This document shows positions 7,822-18,570 of a stretch of 64,000 nucleotides of DNA, one piece after another. The stretch's first letter is position 1, and each line of letters opens with the position of its first letter. A model generated the notes under the pieces. The model had not been told where the DNA came from. It made no database searches and saw only the letters and a program-made list of their open reading frames with translations. The stretch spans positions 1,504,001 through 1,568,000 of the forward strand of contig OY729416.1 in NCBI GenBank assembly GCA_963422265.1. Direction: 5' to 3'. The position numbers were made by a program, and so were the translations under genes. The stretch is from Thermodesulfobacteriota bacterium. GTDB lineage: Bacteria; Desulfobacterota_D; UBA1144; Nemesobacterales; UBA2774.

Positions 7822-10731
7822 TCAACCCTCTTTTCTAACGATAAAGCTCCGTCTTGACCGAAGGCTCTTTGAGTCTTTGGCTAAAACTGTTATCAGGTTT
7901 ACCCTGTCCTCAAGCTCCAATTCCACAGATAACGGAACTTCCATATCCGACGTGGGAAGCATCGCCACTTTATCATCTCCCACAAACACCCAGATCAGCT
8001 CTACTCCATCAGTGTCTCTAACCACCCCGTTTAGTTGTAATGTTGGAGATTGCGTTGACGTCGGAAGATTTTGAATGCTGATAACAGGGGGAGCTTCAAA
8101 TTGTTCTTTATAGAGAGGTGTTCCGCCGACAAGTTCTGAGTTTATGGTCTTGCGCTCTTCTATCCAACCTGCTGAATTTTCGCCTATCCTTACCTTTACC
8201 CAGTTCTCGCTTCTGCCTAGAGTATTGAATACGGAGCCTTTTTTGGCAATTCCTACTAAGGGAGCTTCAGCATAGCCACCACCCCTGATAGACGCGTTAT
8301 AGCTCGCGACTGCGACGTATGAATCCTCTTTTTCGTATCCAGGGTTGATTTTGTTAGAGGGAATTCGAAGTTTGCTAACAATCCCCTCTCTCAACGCTTC
8401 ATCGGTAATTTGGAGCTTCATATCGATTGAGGTTGCGGACTTTCTAACCTTAAAGGCCAGCTGGGCTTCCCTTATTGCCTGGGAATTGAGACTCTCAACC
8501 TCATCCCTCCCCTTTTCAAGGAAGATAGCATCCCCTGAATCGTTTTTCAGGGTTAAAGTCGCCTTTTCAGACGACCCCTCGCCGATATTTTTTACCTTGA
8601 CCAAAAGGACTATTGTCTCGTCAGGATCAGCAACGCCGTTGCCATTCCCAATTGATCCATGCCTGCCATCGTCAACTATTTCATAATTAAAGGCGTATAG
8701 TGGTCTTGGTAGGCTGAGAATTTGGGCGTTGAATTGAAAATCTTTTATCTTGGAGTCGTTTCCATCTTGAAATTCAAGCGTTATTTCATCCCTTCTTGTA
8801 AGAACCCACTTGGGTATATCAAACTTTACGTTCCATGATCTCTTCTGTCCTGGATCTAACTTGCCAAAAACGAGCTCTTTCCCTGTAAATATAGCGTTTT
8901 CAGAACTGGTTGTAGCAAGCAATCTGTAAATAGGCTCAGAACCTGAATTTTCTACTTCAACCTTAAGCTCAGTTACCTCTCCCGCCGTGCCTTCGGGCGC
9001 TTTGGGTATGACCTTTACGGAGAGAGGGGGAATTTTCGTGGACGTTTGCTCCAATGACCAATCCACTCCCAAGTCTCTCCATTTATCAATTGCTTTCCTT
9101 TCTTCGTCCTTTGATACTTTGCTAATCTCGCTTTGAATTTGACCGAGAGCATCCTTTCTAGAGGTTCCCGATGAGGAAAGGAGTATCCTTTTCGCTAGTA
9201 AGACGTAAAAATCCGTTTCAAGCCCCCCTTTCCTCTTTTCACGGCTTAGAGCTTCCTCGGGTACTGACTCCTTTTCATCATCTGTTTTCTCTTCCTCAAG
9301 GTATCTAATGGAATAGGCGGGTTTCTCAGTCTCGGGTCTTCTCTCGCCCGCTTTGTCCTTTTGCTCGTAAAAATAATCGCCGGAGCTGGAGTTAAATAAT
9401 ATTAATTCTTCCGAAATTATTGAGGGATTCAATACCACATCGGGCGTGACTCCCACGTCTTGTATCGAACCGTCACCAGGGGTTAGATATTGTGCCACTG
9501 TGAGCTTCAGAGCAGAGCCATCGTCTAAGAGGAATATTTGCTGCACTGAGCCCTTGCCAAAGGTTCTTTCTCCGACAATGATTGCCCTTTCGTTGTTCTT
9601 CAACGCGCCGGCGACTATTTCAGAGGCACTTGCACTGCCGGAATCTACAAGAACGACAACGCTGCCCTTGTATTCCGGATTCTTGTTCTTTGCCTTGTAA
9701 TCCGTGGAGGAGTCGCCGCTCTTCGTAGTTACTATTAATCCACTGGACAAGAAAAAATCTGACACCTTCTCTGCCTGATTGAGCAAACCTCCAGGATTGC
9801 CTCTTAAATCGAGTATCATCCCTTTAGAGGCTCTTGAGTCGTCGTTTAGATCCTCGATAACGGTCTTGAGCGTGTTTTTCTGAAAATCCCTGATTCTTAC
9901 GTAGTGGATACCATTATCAAGCTTAAAAACCTCTACGCCCTCAATTCTAATAGTATCTCTCACGATCTTAAATTCTTTCGGCTTACTAAAGCCCTTTCTA
10001 TTCACGCTGATCGTAACTGGCGTCCCTTTACTCCCCCTTAGCTTGCTTACGGCTTCGAGAAAAGGCATATTAACCGTTGACTCGTTTTCGATCTGCACAA
10101 TTTTATCATTAGGCTTTATACCGGCAAGGTCAGCGGGCGTGCCCTCAATGGGCGATATCACTGTTAGTTCCCCGTCCCTGATTGCTATAACGATTCCTAA
10201 GCCCCCGAAGCTGCCCTCCGTTTCGATCATAAACTCCTTATAGACTCGTGGGGTTATAATTCCTGAGTGGTCATCAAGCATTTTAAGCATTCTGTTGAGC
10301 ACTTCGTATTCTACGTCTATTATCTTGGGATCATCCGTAGATAAGTGAGGCGCTACGGAATTGAATGATTTCTGAAGAACCTTCAGGACGTCGCTTAGGC
10401 TTTCTATTCTATTCATATCAAAGCTTAATTTTTCATCGGCTATCTGAACGTAAAATTTGGAGCTGTCTTCTCCCTTGGGGAAATCTACTAGAACCCGATC
10501 AACAACCTGTTCCATCCTGCTCAACCCACTAATCAGCATCTTTTTAGGCTCGATGGACTGTTGATCGACGTAATGTTCCTTCACTTTCTTCATAACGGCG
10601 TCGGTAACGCTTAGCGAATGAGCCTTTAGCTCGCTATTGGTTTTGAAGCTAGAAGAAAATAAGATACAGGCTAAAGATAGGGCGATCGTCGGTAATACGA
10701 GTTTGTTCGTTAAAAGTGAAGAACGAGCCAA
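7822..10731 (-). CDS. S41 (CtpA-like) carboxyl-terminal protease with PDZ and a long C-terminal extension (MXAN_5808 type)
   Basis: FGGLGI PDZ, DLRGNPGG, SASASEIVAGAL, TFGKGSVQ. About 500-aa C-terminal part with Ig-like and SH3-like segments. Confidence 0.88.
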   Translation of the reverse strand: MARSSLLTNKLVLPTIALSLACILFSSSFKTNSELKAHSLSVTDAVMKKVKEHYVDQQSIEPKKMLISGLSRMEQVVDRVLVDFPKGEDSSKFYVQIADEKLSFDMNRIESLSDVLKVLQKSFNSVAPHLSTDDPKIIDVEYEVLNRMLKMLDDHSGIITPRVYKEFMIETEGSFGGLGIVIAIRDGELTVISPIEGTPADLAGIKPNDKIVQIENESTVNMPFLEAVSKLRGSKGTPVTISVNRKGFSKPKEFKIVRDTIRIEGVEVFKLDNGIHYVRIRDFQKNTLKTVIEDLNDDSRASKGMILDLRGNPGGLLNQAEKVSDFFLSSGLIVTTKSGDSSTDYKAKNKNPEYKGSVVVLVDSGSASASEIVAGALKNNERAIIVGERTFGKGSVQQIFLLDDGSALKLTVAQYLTPGDGSIQDVGVTPDVVLNPSIISEELILFNSSSGDYFYEQKDKAGERRPETEKPAYSIRYLEEEKTDDEKESVPEEALSREKRKGGLETDFYVLLAKRILLSSSGTSRKDALGQIQSEISKVSKDEERKAIDKWRDLGVDWSLEQTSTKIPPLSVKVIPKAPEGTAGEVTELKVEVENSGSEPIYRLLATTSSENAIFTGKELVFGKLDPGQKRSWNVKFDIPKWVLTRRDEITLEFQDGNDSKIKDFQFNAQILSLPRPLYAFNYEIVDDGRHGSIGNGNGVADPDETIVLLVKVKNIGEGSSEKATLTLKNDSGDAIFLEKGRDEVESLNSQAIREAQLAFKVRKSATSIDMKLQITDEALREGIVSKLRIPSNKINPGYEKEDSYVAVASYNASIRGGGYAEAPLVGIAKKGSVFNTLGRSENWVKVRIGENSAGWIEERKTINSELVGGTPLYKEQFEAPPVISIQNLPTSTQSPTLQLNGVVRDTDGVELIWVFVGDDKVAMLPTSDMEVPLSVELELEDRVNLITVLAKDSKSLRSRRSFIVRKEG

Positions 10732-11087
10732 AATACTTTCTCCCTACTTAAATAAGATAACTGTCAAACTATAACGACTCATCTCTTAACCTATACGCGT
10801 GTGTATATTATGAGCCTCTGTAGTTAATGAGCTAGTTGTCCGACGATTTATAAATATCGGGTTAGTATTCTAACAGATAATTTCTTGTTTAAGTGTCTAA
10901 TGCTTAACTCTTAGTGAGAAACTATATTAGCTATGACGCCATAATTGGGCTTGAGTATAAACAATTAAGTCTTCACACTTAGTTAAGCTCTTGAATTATT
11001 TGCAATATATTTTACAATACCCTGTTTTGCTTTGTCGTCCGAATATATTGGACTATAAACGCTTAGAAATGTCAATCATAAGCACCT

Positions 11088-12029
11088 ATGGATAATACAA
11101 AGATATTCTCCGGAACTTCAAATATACCTTTGGCTAATGCCATCTGTAGGTATCTCGACGTTCCCCTTGGAAAAGCAGAAATCCGACGATTCAGTGATGG
11201 AGAGGTCTCTACTGAAATTGCAGAGAGCGTTAGGGGTTCGCATATATTTGTAATACAATCCACGTGTCCTCCGACGAATGAACACATAATGGAGCTTCTT
11301 ATTCTTACTGACGCTCTAAAAAGGGCATCAGCTAGGGCAGTCACGGCAGTCATTCCATATTACGGCTATGCAAGGCAAGATAGAAAGGTTCAACCTAGAG
11401 CGCCTATATCCGCAAAATTGATAGCCGATCTTATAACCACCGTCGGCATAAGCCGCGTTGTTACCGTGGATCTCCACGCGGGACAGATTCAGGGATTTTT
11501 CAATATTCCCGTAGATCACGTATATGCCACACCTATTTTTATCAACTACATTAAGGAAAAACCAAGCAGAGACGGAATCATCATCGTATCCCCTGACGCA
11601 GGCGGAATGGAAAGAGCAAGGTCTTACGCAAAAACCCTCGACTCAGGGCTTGCTATGACTGACAAAAGGCGTCCAAACCCTAATCAATCTGAAATCATGA
11701 ACGTTATAGGAGAAGTGGAGGGTAAGGACGTTATCATAGTTGACGATTTGGTCGATACGGCAGGAACGGCGATACAAGCGGGGAGCGCTCTTATGAGAGA
11801 GGGGGCGAAAAGCGTTAGCCTTTGCTGCACGCACGGCGTCCTCTCAGGAAACGCTATTGACAGAATAAAGGACTCATTACTTGAAGAAGTCATAATAACC
11901 GATACAATTCCACCCTCAGAACAATACGCAGATTTTCCCCAAATCAAAGTCCTCAGCATCGCCGACCTCCTAGGTGAGGCAATAAAGAGAATAACAACGG
12001 GAGAATCTATAAGCAGTCTGTTTAGCTGA
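11088..12029 (+). CDS. prs: Ribose-phosphate pyrophosphokinase
   Basis: FSDGE, PYYGYARQDRK, DLHAGQIQGFF, SPDAGG, DDLVDTAGT. Confidence 0.97.
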   Translation: MDNTKIFSGTSNIPLANAICRYLDVPLGKAEIRRFSDGEVSTEIAESVRGSHIFVIQSTCPPTNEHIMELLILTDALKRASARAVTAVIPYYGYARQDRKVQPRAPISAKLIADLITTVGISRVVTVDLHAGQIQGFFNIPVDHVYATPIFINYIKEKPSRDGIIIVSPDAGGMERARSYAKTLDSGLAMTDKRRPNPNQSEIMNVIGEVEGKDVIIVDDLVDTAGTAIQAGSALMREGAKSVSLCCTHGVLSGNAIDRIKDSLLEEVIITDTIPPSEQYADFPQIKVLSIADLLGEAIKRITTGESISSLFS

Positions 12030-12091
12030 GTATATTAATTGCTTGAAAGGAGTTAGAGATTAGGGAATTAGAGATTGGAAGGAGTTAGAGA

Positions 12092-12736
12092 ATGGCACAG
12101 AATACGTTAAAGGCATTAAAAAGGAGGAGAATGGGAAAAGGTGGCGCTAGAGAGATAAGAAGGGAGGGCAATGTGCCCGCAATTCTTTATGGAAAAGATA
12201 CCGATCCCATATCCTTGGTAATTAACCCTTCGGAATTGAAGCAGGCGCTTTCAACGGAAGCAGGTGAAAATACGTTACTAGAAATGAACGTCGAGGGAGA
12301 TGGAGAAAATATTAAGAAGTTGTCGCTCCTACGTGAGATTCAATACGATTTTCTTACGAGTAAGCCCATTCATTTTGATTTTCTAGCCCTTGACGTAAAC
12401 AAGAAGATTACGGTTAGTGTCCCGGTTGATATAAAGGGAAGAGCCAAAGGGGTGAGGGAAGGTGGTATTCTTGAGGAAATTCATCGGGAAATAGCGGTTC
12501 AATGCTTGCCTGCGGACATACCTAACTCGTTTGCAATAGATATAACCAACTTAGATGTGGGTCAATCAATACACGTAGGAACGCTCGAAGTTCCAGAGGG
12601 CGTGAGTGTCCTAAGTAACGAGCAGGATACCATTGTAGTAATACATTCACCTAAGGTAGAGGAAGCAGAGGAAGGCGAAGAAGCAGCGGAGCCTACGGAA
12701 TCCACGGAGCAACAAAGCAGTGACGAGAGTAGTTAA
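12092..12736 (+). CDS. rplY: 50S ribosomal protein bL25/Ctc
   Basis: RREGNVPAILYG, HFDF, GVREGGIL, acidic tail. Lies between prs and pth. Confidence 0.95.
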   Translation: MAQNTLKALKRRRMGKGGAREIRREGNVPAILYGKDTDPISLVINPSELKQALSTEAGENTLLEMNVEGDGENIKKLSLLREIQYDFLTSKPIHFDFLALDVNKKITVSVPVDIKGRAKGVREGGILEEIHREIAVQCLPADIPNSFAIDITNLDVGQSIHVGTLEVPEGVSVLSNEQDTIVVIHSPKVEEAEEGEEAAEPTESTEQQSSDESS

Positions 12737-12751
12737 GAAGAATTATTTGAA

Positions 12752-13339
12752 ATGACATTAGTAGTGGGTCTGGGAAATCCTGGGAGAGAATACGCTCAAA
12801 CAAAGCATAATGTCGGTTTTCTTACAGTGGATGAGTTGGGTAAAAGGGTTGAAATAGAGCTAAGCAAGAAAAAGTTTAGGGGTAGTTACGGAGAAGGTTT
12901 TTGGACAAATGAGAGGTTGTTGCTTCTTAAGCCCGATACTTACATGAACAGGAGCGGCGAGGCTGTTTTAGGCGTTCAGCGATTCTACAACATTCCAGAT
13001 GAAAATATAATAGTGGCACATGATGAAATGGACTTGCAAGTAGGCGCGATTAAGATAAGGCGTGGTGGTGGAAGTGCTGGTCATAACGGCGTCAAGTCTA
13101 TAATCTCGGGACTGGGAACCCAGAATTTCGTAAGGGTTAGGTTGGGCATAGGCAAGCCCGCGTCAAGGTCAGAAGGACCCAACCACGTTTTATCAAAATT
13201 CGGCAAGCGCGAATGGGAAATCATGGAGGGGACTATCAAAATCGCAGCGGACGCAGTTTTAGAAATTATAAAAGAGGGCTTGGAAAATGCTATGAATAAG
13301 TTCAATACCAAGTCTAGAAATCAAGAATTAACTATATAA
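12752..13339 (+). CDS. pth: Peptidyl-tRNA hydrolase
   Basis: LVVGLGNPG, TKHNVGF, KPDTYMNRSG, HDEMD, GHNGVKS. Confidence 0.97.
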   Translation: MTLVVGLGNPGREYAQTKHNVGFLTVDELGKRVEIELSKKKFRGSYGEGFWTNERLLLLKPDTYMNRSGEAVLGVQRFYNIPDENIIVAHDEMDLQVGAIKIRRGGGSAGHNGVKSIISGLGTQNFVRVRLGIGKPASRSEGPNHVLSKFGKREWEIMEGTIKIAADAVLEIIKEGLENAMNKFNTKSRNQELTI

Positions 13340-13368
13340 TTTCTCATTAGCTTAAAGGAGGCAAGGAA

Positions 13369-15411
13369 ATGGGAGAAGTAATGGCCGCATTATGCGGAAT
13401 TGTCTTAAGCGTAATCGTTTTAGGTTACGCCTACACTGTATATAACAAGATAAAATCACTACCAGTAGGTGACGAGAAGATGAGAGAAATCTCCTCGTCG
13501 ATAGAAGAAGGGGCAATGGTATTCCTGAATAGAGAATACAGAATAATCGGTATTTTCGTCGCGGCTGTCTTTCTTCTCTTGGGACTGTTCATAGGGTGGC
13601 TGACCGCAATAGCTTACATAGGAGGTGCCGTTTGCTCAGTGCTGGCAGGGTTCTTTGGAATGAAAGCAGCGACGAAAGCGAACGTGAGAACCGCTCAGGC
13701 TGCGGCGACTGGGGGGCAGGGTGAGGCTCTGGTGGTAGCGTTCCGGGGTGGAAACGTAATGGGTCTTTCAGTTGCGGGGCTGGGGCTGCTCGGGTTATCA
13801 ATAGCGTTTGCATTTGGCATATGGCTCCCAGAAAACCCTGGAGATGCAAGCGGTTTAGCAGCCTTCGCACAAAGATTCTGCGAGTCGATAGGCGGATTCG
13901 CCATGGGCGCGAGCTCGGTTGCTCTTTTTGCCAGGATAGGTGGAGGGATATATACCAAAGGGGCTGACGTAGGGGCTGATTTGGTTGGAAAGGTTGAAGC
14001 TGGCATCCCAGAAGACGACCCTCGGAACCCCGCGACTATTGCTGATAACGTCGGGGATAACGTCGGAGACGTCGCTGGAATGGGAGCTGATCTTTTTGAA
14101 TCTTACGTCGGTGCCGTAATAGCGACTATGGTAATAGCGGCTGGTCAAGGCTCTAATGAAATTGCATTAATGTCTATACCTATAATCTTGATAGCGATAG
14201 GGAGTTTCTCATCAATTATAGGAGCTAAAAGCGTTGATTGGATGAAAAATCTTGATCCTCAGCTCGTATTAAGACGCTCCACTTTCTACGCAGGGGGGAT
14301 ATACTTAGCATTATCCCTAATCGTTCTTCTTATCGTGGGTCTTGCAGATGGAATAGGTGGCCAGACAATATGGATATGGCTATCTGCTGTTCTCGGCTTG
14401 CTTGCTGGAATAGCGATTGGGCTTTTAACCGAGTATTATACTTCTAGTTCACCCGTTAGAAAAATTGCAGAAGCTTCTCAGACCGGTGTTGCGACTAACA
14501 TCATTGAAGGGCTATCAGTCGGTATGATAAGTACCGTCGCACCCGTTGTTACAATTGTTATAGCTATCGGTCTTGCCTACAACTTTGCGGGCTTATATGG
14601 AATAGGAATCGCAGCGGTAAGCATGCTCGCTACAATAGGAATAACGATGTCAGTGGATGCTTACGGACCCGTTGCTGATAACGCCGGTGGTATTACGGAG
14701 ATGTCCGAGCTTGGCGACGACGTAAGGAAAATCACGGATAGACTCGATTCTCTTGGTAACACGACCGCTGCGATAGGAAAAGGATTTGCAATTGGTTCCG
14801 CGGCGCTTGCGGCGCTTGCGCTGTTTGCCGCATACACTAAGGCAGTCGGGCTCGAATCTATTGATATTACGCAAAGTAACGTTGTGACCGGAATGCTCTT
14901 GGGAGGAACGTTGCCATTCTTGCTCGGCGCACTGACCATGGGGGCTGTAGGAAGAACTGCCCAAAAAATGGTAGAAGAGGTGAGGAGACAGTTCCGAGAT
15001 ATAGCCGGTCTTCTCGACGGAGACGCTAAGCCTGATTATGCTAGGTGCGTTGGGATAAGCACTGACGCTGCGCTAAGAGAAATGGTTATTCCTGGAATCA
15101 TAGCAGTAGTTGCGCCTCTAGTAATAGGTTTAATTCTCGGGGCTGAAGGTCTTGGAGGCTTTCTCGCCGGTGCTATAGTCTCTGGCGTCATGCTAGCGCT
15201 TATGATGGCGAACTCTGGTGGAGCATGGGATAATGCCAAGAAATATATTGAGGAGGGAAACCTCGGTGGCAAGGGCTCTGAGGCTCATAAAGCCGCAGTT
15301 GTAGGAGACACGATTGGTGATCCTTTTAAGGATACTTCAGGTCCTTCAATGAATATTCTTATCAAGCTAATGTCAATTGTTTCTCTGGTGGTTGCACCGC
15401 TATTGATATGA
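13369..15411 (+). CDS. hppA: Membrane-integral pyrophosphatase, K+-dependent type (probably Na+-translocating)
   Basis: [40 protein letters not shown] (Ala rather than Lys) is the K+-dependent signature. Confidence 0.95.
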   Translation: MGEVMAALCGIVLSVIVLGYAYTVYNKIKSLPVGDEKMREISSSIEEGAMVFLNREYRIIGIFVAAVFLLLGLFIGWLTAIAYIGGAVCSVLAGFFGMKAATKANVRTAQAAATGGQGEALVVAFRGGNVMGLSVAGLGLLGLSIAFAFGIWLPENPGDASGLAAFAQRFCESIGGFAMGASSVALFARIGGGIYTKGADVGADLVGKVEAGIPEDDPRNPATIADNVGDNVGDVAGMGADLFESYVGAVIATMVIAAGQGSNEIALMSIPIILIAIGSFSSIIGAKSVDWMKNLDPQLVLRRSTFYAGGIYLALSLIVLLIVGLADGIGGQTIWIWLSAVLGLLAGIAIGLLTEYYTSSSPVRKIAEASQTGVATNIIEGLSVGMISTVAPVVTIVIAIGLAYNFAGLYGIGIAAVSMLATIGITMSVDAYGPVADNAGGITEMSELGDDVRKITDRLDSLGNTTAAIGKGFAIGSAALAALALFAAYTKAVGLESIDITQSNVVTGMLLGGTLPFLLGALTMGAVGRTAQKMVEEVRRQFRDIAGLLDGDAKPDYARCVGISTDAALREMVIPGIIAVVAPLVIGLILGAEGLGGFLAGAIVSGVMLALMMANSGGAWDNAKKYIEEGNLGGKGSEAHKAAVVGDTIGDPFKDTSGPSMNILIKLMSIVSLVVAPLLI

Positions 15412-15522
15412 TATAAGAGCGCTGTGTGCACGCAATGTTGCTTAACTCAACGTGCTCATCGCGCACCTAATTAACAACTTGTAGGGAGATATCTCGGGTA
15501 GAATTGTAGGCGTTATAAAAAG

Positions 15523-15590
15523 TTTCTGTTACTCTGATTGAGCTTATAGTAAAATCTGCTGAAATCAGGGTCAAGACCAAAACGGGGGTA
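15523..15590 (+). promoter_or_regulatory. Probable S6:S18 ribosomal-protein leader RNA
   Basis: TCTGTT can pair with AACGGG, which overlaps the RBS. ACTCTGATT pairs with AATCAGGGT. An unpaired CC(A) sits in the 3' internal loop. Directly upstream of rpsF. Confidence 0.55.
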
Positions 15591-15595
15591 CTACG

Positions 15596-16024
15596 ATGGC
15601 AGTGAAATCAAATTATTACGAAACTCTTTACTTGGTAAGGCCTGATCTTGGGGAGGAGGATATAAGTAAAATCCAACAAAAGCTCGACGACTCGCTCGCT
15701 GCCCATGAAGCGGAGATTATTAGATCCGATAAATGGTCTGAAAGGAGTCTCGCGTATGAAGTACAAGATCATGCAAAGGGTGTTTACTATATAATAATCT
15801 ATAAGGCGCTTCCGGGGGTTGTAGCCGCATTGGAGAGGCACCTGAAGTTCTATAACACGGACGTTCTTAGATTTATGACGGTTAAGATAAAAGAAGAAGT
15901 TGCAAATAGGGAGAAATTGTTGGAAGAGAACAAAAATCAGGAGCAGGCTTCTGAGTCAAAAGCCCAGGAAGCTAACCAGCAAAATAGCTTCCAAGCTCCG
16001 ATAGAAAAAGGAGAAGAGCAATAG
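15596..16024 (+). CDS. rpsF: 30S ribosomal protein bS6
   Basis: [26 protein letters not shown]. Confidence 0.95.
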   Translation: MAVKSNYYETLYLVRPDLGEEDISKIQQKLDDSLAAHEAEIIRSDKWSERSLAYEVQDHAKGVYYIIIYKALPGVVAALERHLKFYNTDVLRFMTVKIKEEVANREKLLEENKNQEQASESKAQEANQQNSFQAPIEKGEEQ

Positions 16025-16266
16025 TGGAACTGTACAGAAATAGAAAAAGGAGATACTTCACAAAAAGGAAAGTTTGCAGATTTTGCACAGAATCACTTGA
16101 GATCGACTATAAAAACGTGGATTTAATGTCCAAATTTATAACTGACAGAAAAAAGATTGTCCCAAGAAGAAATTCTGGGGTTTGCGCTTCATGTCAGAGG
16201 AAATTAGCAAGGGCTATAAAAAGAGCGCGATTCATGGCTCTTTTACCTTACACGGTATTGCATTAA
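16024..16266 (+). CDS. rpsR: 30S ribosomal protein bS18 (Zn-binding form)
   Basis: [40 protein letters not shown]. Confidence 0.96.
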   Translation: MELYRNRKRRYFTKRKVCRFCTESLEIDYKNVDLMSKFITDRKKIVPRRNSGVCASCQRKLARAIKRARFMALLPYTVLH

Positions 16267-16328
16267 GCATTAAGTTGCCAAAAAGGGATAGAAAAACGTA
16301 GTCTGACATTAGGGAGGCACTCAAAGTA

Positions 16329-16790
16329 ATGAAAGTAATATTTACTTCTGACTTAGGTTCAATAGGCAGGCAGGGAGAGGTTAAAGACGTGAAAAATGGG
16401 CTTGCGAGAAACCACCTGCTGCCTAAAAAGCTCGCTGTAAAGGCTACGCCTGGAAACCTAAAGATGTGGGAGCAAAAGAGCAAGTCTCTACAGAAGATAG
16501 AAGATAAAATTCATGCTGAGGCAGAAGCCCTCGCTTCAAAACTCGATGGCATATCAGTTCGCATACCCGTTAAGGTTGGAGGAGGAGGGAGGCTATTTGG
16601 ATCCGTAACGTCTCAAAGCATATCCGATTCACTAAAGATGCGTGGATTTGAAATATCAAGAAAAGATATAGACCTTAAAGACCCTATTAAAAACTTGGGG
16701 GACTACGACATAGTCATAAAGCTGCACCCTAAAGTCAGTCCCTTGATTAAAGTAGAAGTCGTGTCGGAAGAAGAGGAGCCTAAAGACTGA
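16329..16790 (+). CDS. rplI: 50S ribosomal protein bL9
   Basis: G..GEVKDVKNGLARNHLLP, GRLFGSVT, PIKNLG, KLHP. Confidence 0.96.
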   Translation: MKVIFTSDLGSIGRQGEVKDVKNGLARNHLLPKKLAVKATPGNLKMWEQKSKSLQKIEDKIHAEAEALASKLDGISVRIPVKVGGGGRLFGSVTSQSISDSLKMRGFEISRKDIDLKDPIKNLGDYDIVIKLHPKVSPLIKVEVVSEEEEPKD

Positions 16791-16882
16791 TAGCCTAGCT
16801 CTATTAGATCTATTTAATATAAGTTATAGAACATAGAAAAGTAAACAGATGTACGCGACTCATTTATGGAGGTAAGCGTTTA

Positions 16883-17686
16883 ATGGTTGAAATAAAAAGT
16901 AAGTTTGCGCCTATAGGGGAAAAAGAAGTCACAAAGGCAATTGTTCAGGGGTTTGCAAATGAGTTTGAAGAATACATATCAAGCGACGTGATAGTGGTAG
17001 GTGCTGGTCCGAGTGGTCTTGTGGCGGCGAAAGACATAGCAAAAAAGAAATACAAGGTGCTCTTGGTAGAAAGGATGAACTACCTCGGCGGCGGCTTCTG
17101 GATAGGCGGCTACCTTATGAATAAGGTTACAGTAAGGGATCCTGGGAATGAGGTGCTTGATGAAATAGAGGTTCCATACGAAGAAGTTGAAGAGGGACTC
17201 TACGTAGCGGATGGTCCTTTCGCGTGCTCAAAACTAATAGCTATGACATGTGAGGCAGGTGCTAAAATACGAAACATGACCATGTTTGATGACCTAGTTT
17301 ACAGGGAAAACGGCAGGGTAGCTGGGATCGTTATGAATTGGACGCCGGTTGCTAATATGCCAAAAGAAATTACGTGCCTCGACCCTATAGCGATTGAATC
17401 AAAGCTGGTAATAGACGCAACGGGTCATGACGCCTACTGCGTATCAAGGTTGTCGCAGCAGGGGCTGTACAAAAAGCTTCCCGGGCATGGGTCAATGTGG
17501 GTTGAAAAATCAGAGGAAGCACTCGTTGAATACACGGGGCTTGTTCACCCGGGCTTGATAGCCTGCGGAATGTCCGTTAATACCACTTATGGGCTTCCTA
17601 GGATGGGACCAACCTTTGGAGGAATGCTCCTTTCTGGGAAGAAAGCGGCTCAGGTAGCCGTTGATATTTTGGAAGAGACAAAATAA
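16883..17686 (+). CDS. thi4: Thi4-family thiazole biosynthetic enzyme (Cys type)
   Basis: [43 protein letters not shown]. Confidence 0.93.
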   Translation: MVEIKSKFAPIGEKEVTKAIVQGFANEFEEYISSDVIVVGAGPSGLVAAKDIAKKKYKVLLVERMNYLGGGFWIGGYLMNKVTVRDPGNEVLDEIEVPYEEVEEGLYVADGPFACSKLIAMTCEAGAKIRNMTMFDDLVYRENGRVAGIVMNWTPVANMPKEITCLDPIAIESKLVIDATGHDAYCVSRLSQQGLYKKLPGHGSMWVEKSEEALVEYTGLVHPGLIACGMSVNTTYGLPRMGPTFGGMLLSGKKAAQVAVDILEETK

Positions 17687-17745
17687 GATAGAATGTAAAG
17701 ATCCTTTTAGGAAAGATTGATTCTATGGGTTCTGTCCTCCGCTAA

Positions 17746-18540
17746 CTAAAAGGAGTTACAATTCCTTATAGAGTCGAAACACTTATCGCAAGGGCGAGCT
17801 CTGTATTGAACCCTTAGGACTTCTTCCTGCCAATGCGAGTTAAACAGACAGCAAGATGGGTCATCACAAAACGCCTTGCCTGTAATTTTGTGCATTATAG
17901 CCTGAAGCGCGTATGAGCGTGTTATCTGAGAGATTTTAGGATCATCATACTCTAAAAAACTGCCCCTATACAACTCGTCTAGTTCTCTTGTGTCCACACC
18001 GCTATGAATCAACCCCCCTTTAATATAGTAGTATTCCCTTGGTTTCGCCGGTGCCTCAACTAATCCCGAGGTTGAAATCAGACATGGTAAGCCCATAAGC
18101 AGAACCCTTGCATGGTACCTTTTGGTCTCGAACGTTCCGAATAGGCGGCTTGTGAATATTATATGTATGAACTCGTCGCCGAGTTGTTCAGGTGCTCTTG
18201 TAGCTAATAATTCGTATAATATCCGTTGAATCCACAAACCCTCATATAGTAAGCCCGAGGCACCTTTATGATCTTTGATCCTATTCAATTCAGAATCTAT
18301 CTGAGCGTCACACGCCTGATTAAGCTTATCCAATGGTTGGGTGATTTTGCGGACAGTTGTCCCAGCTAGTCTCTCTGCCAGTCCATACAACTGCCCGCCT
18401 TTTAGCGCTAGAAAATCAAAGATGTTACCTCTGATTGCAATACTGAACCCTAACTGACTAAGGAAATCGCCTATTAGATCAATTGAAAGGGTCTTTGAAG
18501 GGTAATCGGTATAGATAAGGACTTTGAAATTCAGGCTCAT
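17746..18540 (-). CDS. Conserved hypothetical protein, putative metallopeptidase (DUF6775/DUF7001-like)
   Basis: RYHARV, ISTSGLVEAPAKPREYY, FC..PSCCLFNSHWQEE and a terminal CxxC. Family recalled from pattern. Confidence 0.65.
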   Translation of the reverse strand: MSLNFKVLIYTDYPSKTLSIDLIGDFLSQLGFSIAIRGNIFDFLALKGGQLYGLAERLAGTTVRKITQPLDKLNQACDAQIDSELNRIKDHKGASGLLYEGLWIQRILYELLATRAPEQLGDEFIHIIFTSRLFGTFETKRYHARVLLMGLPCLISTSGLVEAPAKPREYYYIKGGLIHSGVDTRELDELYRGSFLEYDDPKISQITRSYALQAIMHKITGKAFCDDPSCCLFNSHWQEEVLRVQYRARPCDKCFDSIRNCNSF

Positions 18541-18570
18541 GTATAAGGGAGCTTAAATAATTTGAATACG

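Noticed and set aside
10732-11087. tRNA or ncRNA upstream of prs
   Set aside because: No cloverleaf or T-loop. It looks like an AT-rich divergent promoter region.
16791-16882. TPP riboswitch upstream of thi4
   Set aside because: The spacer is short and AT-rich, with no GCTGAGA / CCTGA core.
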